DNA from: a virus
Taxonomy: Duplodnaviria > Caudoviricetes
Reading direction: 5' to 3' (one strand)
Virus record (IMG/VR): IMGVR_UViG_3300042347_001156
Coordinates: 1-46,660 of that record
DNA length: 46,660 bases
Shown here: positions 1-9,268 of the stretch, in pieces
Layout of the letters: every line of letters begins with the position of its first letter
Position numbering within the stretch: the first letter of the stretch is position 1
Program-made: the position numbers and the translations under genes
Notes under the pieces: model-generated
Told to the model about the DNA's origin: nothing
Databases searched by the model: none
What the model saw: the letters and a program-made list of their open reading frames with translations, nothing else

Positions 1-898
1 CCAGATCAAGAGGGTTTTGTATAAAGGAGTTTAACTGATTGGCTCCTTGAATAATTTGATTAGTGAAGCCGAGTACCTGGGTTTGTGCTCCAAATATTTG
101 CGCAACACCACCAATTTGATTGGCAAAGTCGGTTAACTGATTTAGGAACTGAGGTAATCCAGGAAAGAGATTATCTAAGATACTATTAAAGAAAGTTTGT
201 AATACTTCAAATAGAGTGTTTATAAAGTCATTAAATTGTCCAATGAGCTGGGTGTATCCTTTATAGATATCGTTTATAATTCCAATAGGAAGACCAATAA
301 TTGTGTCAACAGATCTTGCAAGTTGCTGGGCACTTCCAAAGAGCTGCCCCGGCATTTCAGCTAATTTGTCGATATTGTATTTGGCGTAAGTGGCCGTGTA
401 CTTAGACTTCAGGGACGGGTTAAGCCGGTCCATCATTGAACCAATAGTGTTAGGCAGGTTGAGAGTGCCTCCAATAGGATCAGCCATAATACCTGTCAGG
501 GTACCTAGAGTAGAACCTACAAAGGAGGATACCGGTTTAAGGGCTTGAGCAATTTGCTGTGAAGCAGCGTTAGTAGACTGAATAATGTCTGTTGTTAGAC
601 CTTCAAGGGGACCCCCTATGCTTTGAACCGCTGTTGCTACGTAGAGGTTAGCGTATTGAGCTTTTAGACGTCTATAGACATCTTCATTGATTTGCCCAGA
701 TAAATTAACACCGTTTATAGTGTTTCCAAAAGCTGTAACAGACTGATCAAGACCTGATACAGTAGACTGAATAGGGCCAGAGGCACCAAAGAAATTTAAA
801 ACAGAGTCAATTACATCGGTTCTATCAGGTTTCTGTACCGATGCTGCAGCTCTTACAAGACCAGTTTGATTTTGTGGTATATAGGCCTGGGTTGCCAT
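1..898 (-). CDS. Partial (runs off window start) helical, low-charge virion protein, possibly tape-measure/ejection-like
   Basis: Not in ORF track. Hand translation from ATG 898 is open to position 1 (MATQAYIPQNQTGLVRAA...LIGQFNDFINTLFEVLQTFFNSILDNLFPG...FIQNPLDL). TAAATA box at 906-911. Confidence 0.6.
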   Translation of the reverse strand, partial: MATQAYIPQNQTGLVRAAASVQKPDRTDVIDSVLNFFGASGPIQSTVSGLDQSVTAFGNTINGVNLSGQINEDVYRRLKAQYANLYVATAVQSIGGPLEGLTTDIIQSTNAASQQIAQALKPVSSFVGSTLGTLTGIMADPIGGTLNLPNTIGSMMDRLNPSLKSKYTATYAKYNIDKLAEMPGQLFGSAQQLARSVDTIIGLPIGIINDIYKGYTQLIGQFNDFINTLFEVLQTFFNSILDNLFPGLPQFLNQLTDFANQIGGVAQIFGAQTQVLGFTNQIIQGANQLNSFIQNPLDL

Positions 899-938
899 TG
901 TATATTATTTAACTAGAAGTATCTAGTCAAACAACATA

Positions 939-1127
939 TTAACCTACGATGTCTTTGAACCAAGTCTTAACCTTCTGCCAAAGAGATACAGAGTCGTTCT
1001 TGATTGCTTGAGGAGCTTCTTGAACTGCCTCTACAACGTCAACAACCTCTTTCTTAATCTTTTTGACTACCTTTTTAGTTCCGGTAGGTTTTTTTGTGTA
1101 AGTGCGCTTTGTAGTGTACTTTGCCAT
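939..1127 (-). CDS. Small basic late protein with amphipathic C-terminus
   Basis: Lys-rich N-terminus, C-terminal SLWQKVKTWFKDIVG, TAAATA at 1136-1141 upstream. Confidence 0.65.
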   Translation of the reverse strand: MAKYTTKRTYTKKPTGTKKVVKKIKKEVVDVVEAVQEAPQAIKNDSVSLWQKVKTWFKDIVG

Positions 1128-1138
1128 AGCGTTATTAT

Positions 1139-2719
1139 TTATGCTCTCTCTAAGAGATTCATTACACCGTAAAGGGTGGTGCCAGCTCCTACCCCTCTTC
1201 CCGTTAGAACTATAACGTCAGGGGTGCCATTAATACTAGAACCTAGACGAGCTAAGATACCAGGAATAGGTAATGACTCTGCAGTAGTTGAGCCGCCAAT
1301 ACCAGCAGCCATAAAGCTACTAAAGAGTACTTGACCAGCGGAAATTTGAGTTGTTGCTGAACCATTGGCATATTGAATAGCTGTGTTAGGTACATCTATC
1401 CAGGTTGGCTGGGTACCGGTTATATTAGGGTTATAATATATTTTATAAAGAGCGGGGTTGTTACCAGCGTTTAAGACCTCAGCTGATTTTACATATGCTA
1501 CAGAATCTAGTTTATCAGGATTGTATCTCACAAAGAGGAGTGGTCTATCTTCTGTTGTTACTAGTGTAATACCATTGTCACTAATAGAAATTGGCTTACC
1601 CACGTCTTCTTCTCCGCCTTCAATCATAACAGTAGAGCAAATATGATTCATAGATCCAGAACCAGCTCCAGTCTGTCTGATTTCATAATGAACAGGTTGG
1701 TTGGGAGATTTTAAATAAGGAGATACTAGTTCGTTGGCGTGATTAACATAATGAGCATAATATGTCTTACCTGACTGTACAAAACCAAACCGTACTCTAC
1801 CGATACCTAGCCATTCATAGTCAATGGTAAATATTTGGGCTTTTGTAAAATCAATTGTAACACCTGAAGGACCAGTACCGTCTAACTTGTCAACATTCCA
1901 GGAAGATTGAGGTACTACGAGAGTAGTTGTTGCATTCTTTGCTATACAAAATCGCGGACCTGATCCTACAACCTCTAAATAAATTCCGTCTTCAATATTG
2001 TAAGGAGCAGCTGATAGAGATTGCATTAAACCGACTCTTTTTATAATATTAGTTTCAGGTGTAAAGGTGCCGGTAAAGAGCCCTTGCAAGCCTTTGCCAG
2101 GCTGATAATTGTAATGGATCCGGGTTTGACGGATAACATAATCGTTAGCAGACTGAGTCTTCATTACTACCATCGACTCCCCAGCTGAAAAGGTAGAAGT
2201 GGCAGTTCCGTTTACAATTTCATCAAACACTAAAGGAAGCTTATCGTGAAGATGTTTAGCGTCTAATAGTGTTTCAGTTTGAGATACTCTTAGACGACCA
2301 AAGGCATCTAAATTAGCTGAATCGTTTAAATTAGTTACATTAACTCTTAGAGCTGATAGTTCCGGCACTACATCAGCATAATGTCCTTGTTTGTCACCAA
2401 TTGTTATATCATCAATGTCAGATTGAAGGTCTTGTGTAAGGACTTGAAGCCCGGCACCATAATCAGGAATATTGACTACGTCAGCGTTGAGTCCTGAGTT
2501 ATTATCCTTTATAGTAACAGCACCAATTGACAACTCAGAAGCCGACAAATAGATCGACATATCTGAAAAGTTAGTAATGTAGGAAGCCCTTGCATAAAGA
2601 GGTCTGCCTAGAGCGTCTCCAACGACCGGTATCCAGGAATAGGTTTCAGCTATGCCAACGTTGTAGGTCTGAGGAGTATTAGCTGTAGCTGTAAGTATAG
2701 GTGTTAATACGGTTCCCAT
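1139..2719 (-). CDS. Beta-rich virion structural protein of a type seen in aquatic T4-like phages
   Basis: Motifs DAFGRLRVS, RQT...YQPGK, IDYEWLGIGRVRFG; late box at 2727-2732. Confidence 0.6.
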   Translation of the reverse strand: MGTVLTPILTATANTPQTYNVGIAETYSWIPVVGDALGRPLYARASYITNFSDMSIYLSASELSIGAVTIKDNNSGLNADVVNIPDYGAGLQVLTQDLQSDIDDITIGDKQGHYADVVPELSALRVNVTNLNDSANLDAFGRLRVSQTETLLDAKHLHDKLPLVFDEIVNGTATSTFSAGESMVVMKTQSANDYVIRQTRIHYNYQPGKGLQGLFTGTFTPETNIIKRVGLMQSLSAAPYNIEDGIYLEVVGSGPRFCIAKNATTTLVVPQSSWNVDKLDGTGPSGVTIDFTKAQIFTIDYEWLGIGRVRFGFVQSGKTYYAHYVNHANELVSPYLKSPNQPVHYEIRQTGAGSGSMNHICSTVMIEGGEEDVGKPISISDNGITLVTTEDRPLLFVRYNPDKLDSVAYVKSAEVLNAGNNPALYKIYYNPNITGTQPTWIDVPNTAIQYANGSATTQISAGQVLFSSFMAAGIGGSTTAESLPIPGILARLGSSINGTPDVIVLTGRGVGAGTTLYGVMNLLERA

Positions 2720-2738
2720 CTATATGTATTTATCAAAA

Positions 2739-3008
2739 TTATTGATAAATTGGAACGTAACCTATATAGCTTCCGGAGGTATTAAAAACACTAAGAGAAC
2801 CTACTAATGTGCCTAACGTGCCAAGAGATCCGACGTTATTTGGGTTGAAGGAGGTATCAATTCTTGCAACAGTAGAAGAAAGAGTGCACAAGCTGGTTCC
2901 TAAATTTGTAATGTTATTGTTAATAATAGGTCTTGTATCACCTATACAGTCTGTACCATCAATAGCTGTTAGAGATGTACATGTTACTGAAGTAATTTTT
3001 GTTGCCAT
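2739..3008 (-). CDS. Short fibre-family protein with CIGD..IN.N anchor module
   Basis: DCIGDTRPIINNNITNL matches the N-termini of four other genes in the window. Confidence 0.6.
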   Translation of the reverse strand: MATKITSVTCTSLTAIDGTDCIGDTRPIINNNITNLGTSLCTLSSTVARIDTSFNPNNVGSLGTLGTLVGSLSVFNTSGSYIGYVPIYQ

Positions 3009-3014
3009 ATATTA

Positions 3015-3704
3015 TTAGTATTTAATGCAGTAAACAAGGGCTACGTTTTTGGGACGGGTTTCGGTACCGTCGTTTATCTGGTTTGTTGTACCGGTGTCTC
3101 CGCTAGCTCGGTTTACTGTATAAGTGGCTGATATGCTACCAGCACCGTCAATAGCTTTTGTTAGCCAGGTGCCTACCCCCGACCATGCTCGACGAATAAA
3201 CCATCCATCATTTCCTGTACTACCTAATTCGCCTACGCCGTGATAGTGATTAGGGTATCTATCTGCCTGATAAGAACCGAGCCCACGACCGGAATCTAAA
3301 CCTTTTCCTTGGTCTAGACCTCTTACAAACACACCTCGTAAGTCGGGTAATGTTCCGGCAGCACCATATGTAGTACCAAGGACTGCTCTAAGATTTGCAA
3401 AGTTAGCAGTTTGGCCCTGCACGGTTCCTACACCGTTAGGTACTACAACACCGTTACAAATAAGCCAGCCTGCAGGTGCAGTAGCTGCAGCATATTGAAT
3501 TATGGTTCCTATCGGTACCACTAAAGCTGTAACCTGTTGTACTGCGCTCAAAGAAGCATTTAAGTTTGCACTTAAAGTTGCAACATTTGATATAGTACTA
3601 CAAAGATTGTCATCCAGATTAGAAAAGTTTGTATTAATCTTTGTAAGAGAATCACCAATACACTCTTGCTGCTGTATTACTTGCGTAAAGTTACACGTAG
3701 ACAT
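3015..3704 (-). CDS. Tail-collar domain (short tail fibre) protein
   Basis: PIGTIIQYAAATAPAGWLICNG...LPDLRGVFVRG...ETRPKNVALVYCIKY. ATG 3704 preferred over TTG 3710 because TATAAATA lies at 3712-3719. Confidence 0.85.
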   Translation of the reverse strand: MSTCNFTQVIQQQECIGDSLTKINTNFSNLDDNLCSTISNVATLSANLNASLSAVQQVTALVVPIGTIIQYAAATAPAGWLICNGVVVPNGVGTVQGQTANFANLRAVLGTTYGAAGTLPDLRGVFVRGLDQGKGLDSGRGLGSYQADRYPNHYHGVGELGSTGNDGWFIRRAWSGVGTWLTKAIDGAGSISATYTVNRASGDTGTTNQINDGTETRPKNVALVYCIKY

Positions 3705-3711
3705 TATCAAT

Positions 3712-3719
3712 TATTTATA
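3712..3719 (-). promoter_or_regulatory. T4-type late promoter TATAAATA
   Basis: Exact T4 late consensus 7 nt upstream of ATG 3704. Confidence 0.75.
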
Positions 3720-3740
3720 CTCTCAGTACCAAGAAACAAC

Positions 3741-3768
3741 TTGATTCAACTATTAAAGCAGATATATT
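3741..3768 (+). promoter_or_regulatory. Possible sigma70-type early promoter
   Basis: TTGATT-N16-TATATT just before GTG 3775. Confidence 0.35.
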
Positions 3769-3774
3769 TAAGGC

Positions 3775-4311
3775 GTGAATATATTCGTAACAAGCGAAGA
3801 CCCGGTTATTGCAGCACAAGAGCTCTGTGATAAACATGTCAGATCTAAGATGCAAATTGAATCTGCTATTATGCTACAGAACTGTTTTACAAATGAACAG
3901 TTACAAGATCCAAAATGTCCGAGAACTAAGGCCGGTAAAGCTCGTAAAGCAGGTAAAGGATATGCTAAACACCAATGCACTCTTTGGACTATGGAGTCGA
4001 GAGCTAACTTTATGTGGCTGGTGGAACATGCTTTAGAAATGTTCGACGAAAGAGATTATCGCTGGCCGGAATCTAACCCTCATTTTACTAGAGAGTTTAT
4101 TGAATGGTGTAAACAAAACAAAGATAAGACTATTCATACGTCTAACAAGCAGACACCTTTTACTGTTGCTATATCTCAAGATACTGAATGCCGGAAAATT
4201 AATGACTTTGATAAACTTTCAGTTATTGAACAATACCGGCAGTACATTATTAAAGATAAACCTTTTGCTTCCTGGACTAAAAGAACTAAGCCCTTTTGGT
4301 ATACAACTTAA
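3775..4311 (+). CDS. Pyrimidine-dimer DNA glycosylase (endonuclease V)-like protein
   Basis: MNIFV..DP..AA..LCDKHV..KM..ESA.ML, H.CT.W, YRQY...K.FA.WTKR..PFW family signature. Confidence 0.75.
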   Translation: MNIFVTSEDPVIAAQELCDKHVRSKMQIESAIMLQNCFTNEQLQDPKCPRTKAGKARKAGKGYAKHQCTLWTMESRANFMWLVEHALEMFDERDYRWPESNPHFTREFIEWCKQNKDKTIHTSNKQTPFTVAISQDTECRKINDFDKLSVIEQYRQYIIKDKPFASWTKRTKPFWYTT

Positions 4312-4319
4312 GTATTTTA

Positions 4320-4613
4320 ATGCCTAAACGCACATCAATGTATATACCTCTCCCGATGCCTCCTACGTCGGAAGAAAAGTTTGCTGTCTATTTAAACATT
4401 GATGGTGACTTGGAGATGTTGCTCTATGACGGAAAACAAGTTTTTACCCCTGACTTCCCTGATGTACCAATTGTAAGAATAGATCTTAAGGACGGTAGAG
4501 TTATAAGACAAGAAACATTAGCTAGACTTTGTCGGCATCTAATGAACCGTAGTATGGTAGCTTATAACGAAGAATACAAGATCTGGGAAGCAATTACTCT
4601 TGATCCTTTTTAA
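4320..4613 (+). CDS. Hypothetical protein
   Basis: ORF following the glycosylase gene; ATG 4320 avoids overlap with it. Confidence 0.55.
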   Translation: MPKRTSMYIPLPMPPTSEEKFAVYLNIDGDLEMLLYDGKQVFTPDFPDVPIVRIDLKDGRVIRQETLARLCRHLMNRSMVAYNEEYKIWEAITLDPF

Positions 4614-5683
4614 GTTATTCTAAAAACTAATAATATTTCGCAAGAGTTGCTATGTTTTGATAAGTGGGATTTATTTTTTGCTAACTTTTGTTCAAGCAAA
4701 AGATCAAACTTTTGAAGCGGTTTTTTAATTATTTCTTTATGCTCGCTATCAATAACAACACCAAAATATTTACAATTAGTTTGTAAACAGTTTTTAACAA
4801 CTTTGTTCCACCAATTTGTAAAGTCATTTATATCTTTGAAGTTTTTATTGTTGTACGTTTCTTTATTGTAGTACGGTGGGCAAGTAAATACTGCATCGAC
4901 ACTATGAGACGGTACGTATTCTTCTGCTCGATTATTTGTTAATACAGTTTTGCTCTCAAGATTAGCAAACTTTGCAATCTGTTCTACACCTTTAACAGTT
5001 CTTAGATCGAAATCGTTGTAGTAATATTTATCAATACTAGTTCCTAATATGCCTAGTAAGCGGTGTCCCCAACCTCCGCACGGATCGTAAATTGTTTTAA
5101 CACTAAAATCATTTATAAATTTTTTAAACCATAGAGGAGAAAAGTGCGAATATCCGTAGTGTAACCCTGATATTTTGAACCCACGAAGTATTTCACCTTG
5201 TGTTATCTTGTGTATATTTTTTTGTAAATATTTTTCACGGTTTAATAGCAGCTTTTTAGCTATTTTTTTATTAGTATAGAGTTCTCTTTCTTTTTCGTAA
5301 AAATGCTGCTGAAAGGTGAGTATGTTTCGATTATAAACTGGTAGTGTATCGTAGCTGCCAGGTGCTTTTAGCAATGTATCTAGTTCAATTTGTCTCTGCT
5401 TATCGGTATAAAATATGCGTGGTTCAATTTTAATTTGTTTGAGAGTGCGTTGGTATTGTTTAAAATATTCTCTCTTTTGAGGATCATAAGGCTTTCGAGG
5501 CAGATTTTGTTTTATAAGAGAATATTTTTTATTTTCTTTTTCTAGTGTCTTCTGTCGATGATCAGGGTCTGACCAATAGCGAATGGTATCCGGGTATATT
5601 TTAAAATGTTTAGCTGTTTTTGTAATACCGTTTTGTTTGTAGTACTTTAGTACAGATGTTTTAAATTCTTGTGTATATGCCAT
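4610..5683 (-). CDS. DNA amino-methyltransferase (m4C/m6A type) with N-terminal HTH
   Basis: Motif I YDPCGGWGHRLLG, motif II YYYND, motif IV variant FTCPPYY; N-terminal YTQEFK..VLKYY...IRYW HTH-like segment. Confidence 0.8.
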   Translation of the reverse strand: MAYTQEFKTSVLKYYKQNGITKTAKHFKIYPDTIRYWSDPDHRQKTLEKENKKYSLIKQNLPRKPYDPQKREYFKQYQRTLKQIKIEPRIFYTDKQRQIELDTLLKAPGSYDTLPVYNRNILTFQQHFYEKERELYTNKKIAKKLLLNREKYLQKNIHKITQGEILRGFKISGLHYGYSHFSPLWFKKFINDFSVKTIYDPCGGWGHRLLGILGTSIDKYYYNDFDLRTVKGVEQIAKFANLESKTVLTNNRAEEYVPSHSVDAVFTCPPYYNKETYNNKNFKDINDFTNWWNKVVKNCLQTNCKYFGVVIDSEHKEIIKKPLQKFDLLLEQKLAKNKSHLSKHSNSCEILLVFRIT

Positions 5684-6438
5684 TATGATGTAATTTTATT
5701 AGACTTCTTGAGGTTTTCTTCTTTCCAAAGTGGTTGAAGATTGGTGTAATGAAAGCATTTTTTGAGCTCTTCCTCTTTAGTTAAGTCAAAAGAAGAGCAA
5801 GGAATAATATGATCAACGTGCCACTCTTTTCCATAATTTTGATCTGTCATTCCTGGCTTATACTGTTTACGGAGATGTTCTGCTAGCTCGTCCCGGCTAC
5901 ACCCAAGCAATGCCTGTGTTTTAATAGTCTTTTTATTTGCTAAACCGTTGTAGGCTTTTTTAAGCTGTTGGTAAACATACACTCGGGTATTTTCAAGTAT
6001 TTTAAAGGCCATATCCGTCTCTTTACGGTGTTTGATTTTATTTTTAATTTGCTCTCTGTTGAGTGCCCTTCTTTTCCGATCATACTCCCGAACGTGCTCA
6101 ATATTGTTAAGTCTCCACTCTTTGGTCTTTTGATATCTCTCTTTTTTAAACTCAGGATCAGTATTCATCAATGTTCTATACCGAGTATTAACACTATAAT
6201 ATAGCTCTTTATATTTTTCAGGGTTTTTTTCTTGCCACTTCTTATTTGCCTCATTAGATCTTGTGGTTATTTTTTTTCTATAAACAGGGTCAACCCACGA
6301 CCTAACAATATGAAAACCTATTTTAGGGTACAGCTCTCTAACCTTTTTAACAGTTGCTTTAAGATCTTTACAGTTATTGTAATAATTTACAATATTATTT
6401 TTAAATTCTTTGGTGTACTTGTGTCCTACTTTACTCAT
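5683..6438 (-). CDS. HNH (endonuclease VII-like) nuclease with N-terminal HTH
   Basis: LGCS...GMT..NYG.EWHVDHIIPCSSFDL...CFHYTNLQPLW..ENLKK; its TAA overlaps the MTase ATG (TAATG). Confidence 0.85.
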   Translation of the reverse strand: MSKVGHKYTKEFKNNIVNYYNNCKDLKATVKKVRELYPKIGFHIVRSWVDPVYRKKITTRSNEANKKWQEKNPEKYKELYYSVNTRYRTLMNTDPEFKKERYQKTKEWRLNNIEHVREYDRKRRALNREQIKNKIKHRKETDMAFKILENTRVYVYQQLKKAYNGLANKKTIKTQALLGCSRDELAEHLRKQYKPGMTDQNYGKEWHVDHIIPCSSFDLTKEEELKKCFHYTNLQPLWKEENLKKSNKITS

Positions 6439-6481
6439 ACCTATTAATAAACCTTTAAAAACATAAATCTATAGACTATCT

Positions 6482-6497
6482 ATACATAATTATGTAT
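6482..6497. promoter_or_regulatory. Perfect 16-bp palindrome ATACATAATTATGTAT, candidate operator
   Basis: Self-complementary; overlaps the -10 of a minus-strand TTGCAA-N16-CATAAT promoter candidate upstream of the HNH/MTase pair. Confidence 0.4.
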
Positions 6498-6548
6498 TAC
6501 TACTATAATTTTGCAACCTATTTTTAAGTTTTTTGGTTACTATAAATT

Positions 6549-6580
6549 AAAAAGAAACTCCCGGCTTTCACCGGGAGTTC
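6549..6580 (-). terminator. Rho-independent terminator of major capsid transcript
   Basis: Minus strand AACTCCCGGT-GAAA-GCCGGGAGTT followed by TCTTTTT. Confidence 0.9.
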
Positions 6581-6612
6581 TTTGAATTTGTTGAGGGCTG
6601 TAACCTCTTGTA

Positions 6613-8055
6613 TTAGAGGTATGTAGCTGCTTGACCTGGTACGAACGATTGACCAAGACCTGTGCAGATTACCATGTGGTAGTAGAGCGAAGCGCCAAAG
6701 ATATGATCCACCACTCCGTAGCGGGTCAAGAGACCAACACGAGGTGAGAAGTCATTTGGGCCAATTGTTCTTTGTACCATTACAGGGATGTACGGACAGT
6801 ACACGATACCTGTATCATAATATTCTGGGCCTTTGTAACCTAACAGAGCATAGTCAACAGTTGTGGCGCGGCCTGTGCTGTAACCAGCATTGGCGTACGA
6901 CTGTGTTGATTGTGCTTCTGTGCGTGTGTCACGATAGATCTGGAAACGGCCACCTACTGAACCCACTTTAGCGATGCCGACAGGTGCTGTGTTAACATTA
7001 CCTGTGACGGGCTGCCATGTGAAGTTAGGAAGTGTTTCGAGGATTGCGCAGATACGTGGTGTAGCGATGATGAAGTTAGCAGCGCCACGACGGTTGCGAA
7101 CAGCAACGCGGTTTGCTTCAACAACAATTCTGTTGTAGAAGTCACGGGCACGCTCACCTGACCAACGGCCGTCAGCTGAGATAGCTGACCATGTTGAATA
7201 ACCGACGCCAGCGCCAGCATTCAAGCATGTTTGGATCATACGAGCAATCATTTCACGGTCGATCTCAGCTTGAATTTCATATGACATAGCATTTGTCAAT
7301 TCAGCGTCGATGTCGATACCGTTCATGTTCTTCAGATCTTGTTCGAGTTCAACAGACCACTTAGCAGCGAGGCGGCGTGTGCCAGCTTCAACTGCGGTCT
7401 TTTCAAAGGCAACAGTGACTTGAGGGATCTTTGAGGTCAGCTCAAACTGAGAGAGAAGAGCGGCTACACCGGAGTCTTCGACCAAGCCGTTGAAGGCTGT
7501 GCCGGAAGCACCGAGACCTGAAAGCTTAGCACTGGATGTACCAGTGAAGGCTGTGTTCAGGTAGTTATAACCGATTTCTTTACCGTCAGAGATTGCTGTG
7601 TTACCACTAAATGCACCAGCACTGTTTGAACCGTCGCCAGCTTGTGAGCTATAGCCAAGAGCGTCGCTCTCGTATTTATAGCGCATTGCGAAAGCCAATC
7701 CAACAGGGCCTGTCATGGGCTGTACACCAACGATCTCATTTGTGATGAGCTCGGGGAATGTACGGCGGATCATGGGGATCAGGACCTTAGGAAGGCGGTA
7801 ATCGCCAGTAGCATAGGTATCAGTGTTAGGAATGCCAGGAAGAGCACCGGCCGGATATGAATTCGGACCGAATACGCCACCTGCAGTGTTTGACTCAAAG
7901 CACCACTTCTCTTGGTTTTCCAAGAGAATGGCTGTATTCAAACGAGTGTGCTCGTCTGAGATAGCAGCAACTTTGTCTGAGGTGTAATCCAGGACTGGAG
8001 TCCACTTCTCAACCAAAGCTTCGGCCTTTGTCTTATCGATATGCAGAAGTTCCAT
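6613..8055 (-). CDS. gp23: Major capsid protein (T4 gp23 family)
   Basis: EKWTPVLD, LLENQ, GVQPMTGPVGLAFAMR, RRLAAKWSVELEQDLK, EIQAEIDRE, YCPYIP, TRYG; AAGGAG SD upstream. Confidence 0.98.
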   Translation of the reverse strand: MELLHIDKTKAEALVEKWTPVLDYTSDKVAAISDEHTRLNTAILLENQEKWCFESNTAGGVFGPNSYPAGALPGIPNTDTYATGDYRLPKVLIPMIRRTFPELITNEIVGVQPMTGPVGLAFAMRYKYESDALGYSSQAGDGSNSAGAFSGNTAISDGKEIGYNYLNTAFTGTSSAKLSGLGASGTAFNGLVEDSGVAALLSQFELTSKIPQVTVAFEKTAVEAGTRRLAAKWSVELEQDLKNMNGIDIDAELTNAMSYEIQAEIDREMIARMIQTCLNAGAGVGYSTWSAISADGRWSGERARDFYNRIVVEANRVAVRNRRGAANFIIATPRICAILETLPNFTWQPVTGNVNTAPVGIAKVGSVGGRFQIYRDTRTEAQSTQSYANAGYSTGRATTVDYALLGYKGPEYYDTGIVYCPYIPVMVQRTIGPNDFSPRVGLLTRYGVVDHIFGASLYYHMVICTGLGQSFVPGQAATYL

Positions 8056-8113
8056 AGTTATTAATTTCTCCTTATAGAGTTTTTTCGACCTTAATGTGAG
8101 TATGAAACGGACC

Positions 8114-9079
8114 TTAGTGTCTAAGTTTTAGCTTAGAACCGTCCAACTTTTTCATCTCATTCAGATATCCGCCAACAGGTGAAGCACTTTCAACTGCTGG
8201 TGTAGAAATAGCTTCTACTAATTGTTCTGCTTCAGGGCGGTCAACGGCCTCAACGATCCGCTTTGCGACCTTCTCTTTAGCATCTTCAACTAGTTCGGAA
8301 GTTTCTTTCTCGAACATCTCAACTACGTACTGATAGTTCTCTTGAATATACTCAGGCGACTTGCCTTTGAGTAATTTACTAACATATGCCTTTGTTGCCT
8401 CGGGCATATCTTTTGTCTTTTCTTCAAGCAAAAGTTTGGCTTCAACAGACTGAACTCTTGCGTTCAATGTTGTATTAGCTTCTAGTGCTTCATTCAATTC
8501 CTTCTTTAAGGAATCAATAGTTGTTTTACCATCAATAAGAGCTTCTTTGATCTCTTGATTGATAAATTCTTCGTTAATACCAACAAGCTTACGAATTTCA
8601 TCGAGAACTTTGCGTGAGCGGATGTTTTCAACAGCTTCATTTACTTGCTGTGTAGGTACTACCTTTTCGAGGTAGAGATCCATATAATTGGAAATTTCTT
8701 CTACCAAACGTGAGCGGAATGACTCAGCTTCTTCTGTAAGAGCTGTTTCATATTTTTCTACAACAGCTTCAAGCTTGGCTGTGTGGTCTTCGTCGATCTT
8801 TGTAAGAACGGCTTTAAGCTTTTGAGCGTGATCAAAATCAATTGTCTCGACAAGCTTTTGTAACTTAGCTGTGTGATCAGTATCGATTGACTCAATAAGG
8901 TTTTGAAGCTTTTCAGCATGATCTTCATCGAGCTTAGTTACGGCTGCTTCTACTGCGAGCTCAGCTCTCTGTTCAGCTTTCTCATTTACTGCTGTTTCGA
9001 AAGCTTCGTGTACTGCGGTTAAGGTCTCTTCTGTGATGAGATCTTTGAACTGTTCTTTGAGAATTGATTTGAAGTCCAT
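8114..9079 (-). CDS. gp22: Prohead core scaffolding protein (gp22-like)
   Basis: Acidic coiled coil with FETAV and LVEEISNYMD motifs, directly upstream of gp23. Confidence 0.85.
   Translation of the reverse strand: MDFKSILKEQFKDLITEETLTAVHEAFETAVNEKAEQRAELAVEAAVTKLDEDHAEKLQNLIESIDTDHTAKLQKLVETIDFDHAQKLKAVLTKIDEDHTAKLEAVVEKYETALTEEAESFRSRLVEEISNYMDLYLEKVVPTQQVNEAVENIRSRKVLDEIRKLVGINEEFINQEIKEALIDGKTTIDSLKKELNEALEANTTLNARVQSVEAKLLLEEKTKDMPEATKAYVSKLLKGKSPEYIQENYQYVVEMFEKETSELVEDAKEKVAKRIVEAVDRPEAEQLVEAISTPAVESASPVGGYLNEMKKLDGSKLKLRH
8756..8935 (-). repeat. Four 15-aa (45-nt) tandem repeats, x(I/L)DxDHxxKL
   Basis: KLDEDHAEKLQNLIE / SIDTDHTAKLQKLVE / TIDFDHAQKLKAVLT / KIDEDHTAKLEAVVE. Confidence 0.85.
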
Positions 9080-9110
9080 ATTTGTTGTATATTTATTTAT
9101 TCTAAATGAG

Positions 9111-9260
9111 TTAATTTTCTTCTTGATTTATGCTGGAACGAATTTTATTTTTAATCTTTTCTTCGACAGCATTTTGTAATGTCTGTTGAGCTTGAGAGTA
9201 ATCTTTATTAGCAATACTACCAATAAAGCTTTGAATAGTCTTTTGTTCGTCTTGTGTCAT
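9111..9260 (-). CDS. Small prohead core protein (gp67-like), 49 aa
   Basis: Not in ORF track: MTQDEQKTIQSFIGSIANKDYSQAQQTLQNAVEEKIKNKIRSSINQEEN. Pattern resembles gp67; TAAATA at 9270-9275; adjacent to gp22. Confidence 0.65.
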   Translation of the reverse strand: MTQDEQKTIQSFIGSIANKDYSQAQQTLQNAVEEKIKNKIRSSINQEEN

Positions 9261-9268
9261 ATATGTAA

